Source: Lytechinus pictus (lineage: Eukaryota). From it: a stretch of 64,000 bases of DNA. Position numbers and translations under genes: made by a program. Location of the stretch: positions 8,990,001-9,054,000 of the forward strand of contig NC_087257.1 of the NCBI RefSeq assembly GCF_037042905.1, in the 5' to 3' direction. Below the pieces are notes generated by a model. The model did no database searches and was not told where the DNA came from. It was given only the letters and a program-made list of their open reading frames with translations. This document shows positions 63,239 to 64,000 of this stretch, in pieces (within the stretch, counting starts at the first letter, position 1; each line of letters opens with the position of its first letter).

Positions 63239-64000
63239 TAAGAAGAACAATTCAGTTTACAGCGTTGTCCCACAATTTTTAAAAATAATTTATTATAACC
63301 TTGACTCCTCCATTTGGGGTTATTTTATGATTTATTATTTTCCTTTGGTTGTCAGTTGTCACGAGTGGCTTGAATATAACACACATGCACCATCAGTCCA
63401 GCACATTTAGTTTTCTATACATGTATGTTATAGATTGAGGTGACAGTCGGTGCAGGCAGAGTTCTAGGAGAAACTTTTGACTACATGTAGTTAGAACGCT
63501 TCCTCTTCGGTTCCTGTTCACTTCCTGCTCAGAATTTTTAATTGAGAGGGGGTGGGGTGGGGGGGGGGGGGGTCAAGAATCTTTTAAAAAGATGCATAAG
63601 TGATCAGCCAATTAAGCTTGCCCCTTTTCAGCAGTCATCTTCAGACCCCTATTTTCATTGTGCAGTGTCAATATCTGCAGGTACCGGTATGCACTCAAGA
63701 AGTTTGGCTTTTATCTACAGTATCAAAAGGACATGATTTTTAAAAGGAGACAAAGCATGTGCCTATACACCATCTAGGGGGATTAAAGCCTATTGTTAGT
63801 GTGCAAATGGGCCTACATGTATTTGTACATGTAAATAGTGGATGACAAAGACTGTCTCCTTCAATACACCCACCGCCTTAGAGAATGTGCTACCATTACA
63901 TGTAATATGACTTTATTTTCACGAGACATACAGTATGTACATGCACAAAGAAGGCTGACCCGAATTTGAACAAATAAACACAGTGGCCTACATTGTCTGT

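Noticed and set aside
57330-64000. Further IGF2BP exons
   Set aside because: No segment encoding RRM2 or KH motifs with valid splice sites was found; the region reads as intron with MITEs and TACATG repeats.

Overview
AT-rich, intron-rich animal genomic DNA. The repeat landscape (palindromic MITEs, poly-C/G tracts, tRNA- and Deu-type SINEs) suggests an invertebrate deuterostome, probably a sea urchin (inference). Four spliced genes could be assembled by hand with canonical GT-AG junctions: CISD3 (minus, 3 exons, 128 aa), SPAG6 (plus, 9 exons, 514 aa), PSMB3 (minus, 6 exons with an ATG-only first exon, 205 aa) and the first two exons of an IGF2BP/Imp gene (plus). SPAG6 intron 1 holds a very recent 6975-bp Gypsy-type LTR element. 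It has identical 238-bp LTRs, a 4-bp TSD, a PBS and a PPT, but encodes only Gag plus a frameshifted protease (no RT/RNaseH/integrase), and its Gag starts with a ComEA-like helix-hairpin-helix domain. The CISD3-SPAG6-PSMB3 neighbourhood matches genes split between the human 17q12 and 10p12 paralogous regions. Introns carry Helentron/HINE-type elements (one with a 157-bp satellite core), fold-back elements, 9-bp-TSD elements with promoter-like centres, Kolobok/hAT/PIF/Tc1-type MITEs, and a degenerate tandem multiplication of a PSMB3 exon end. A 158-N assembly gap lies over the PSMB3 promoter.
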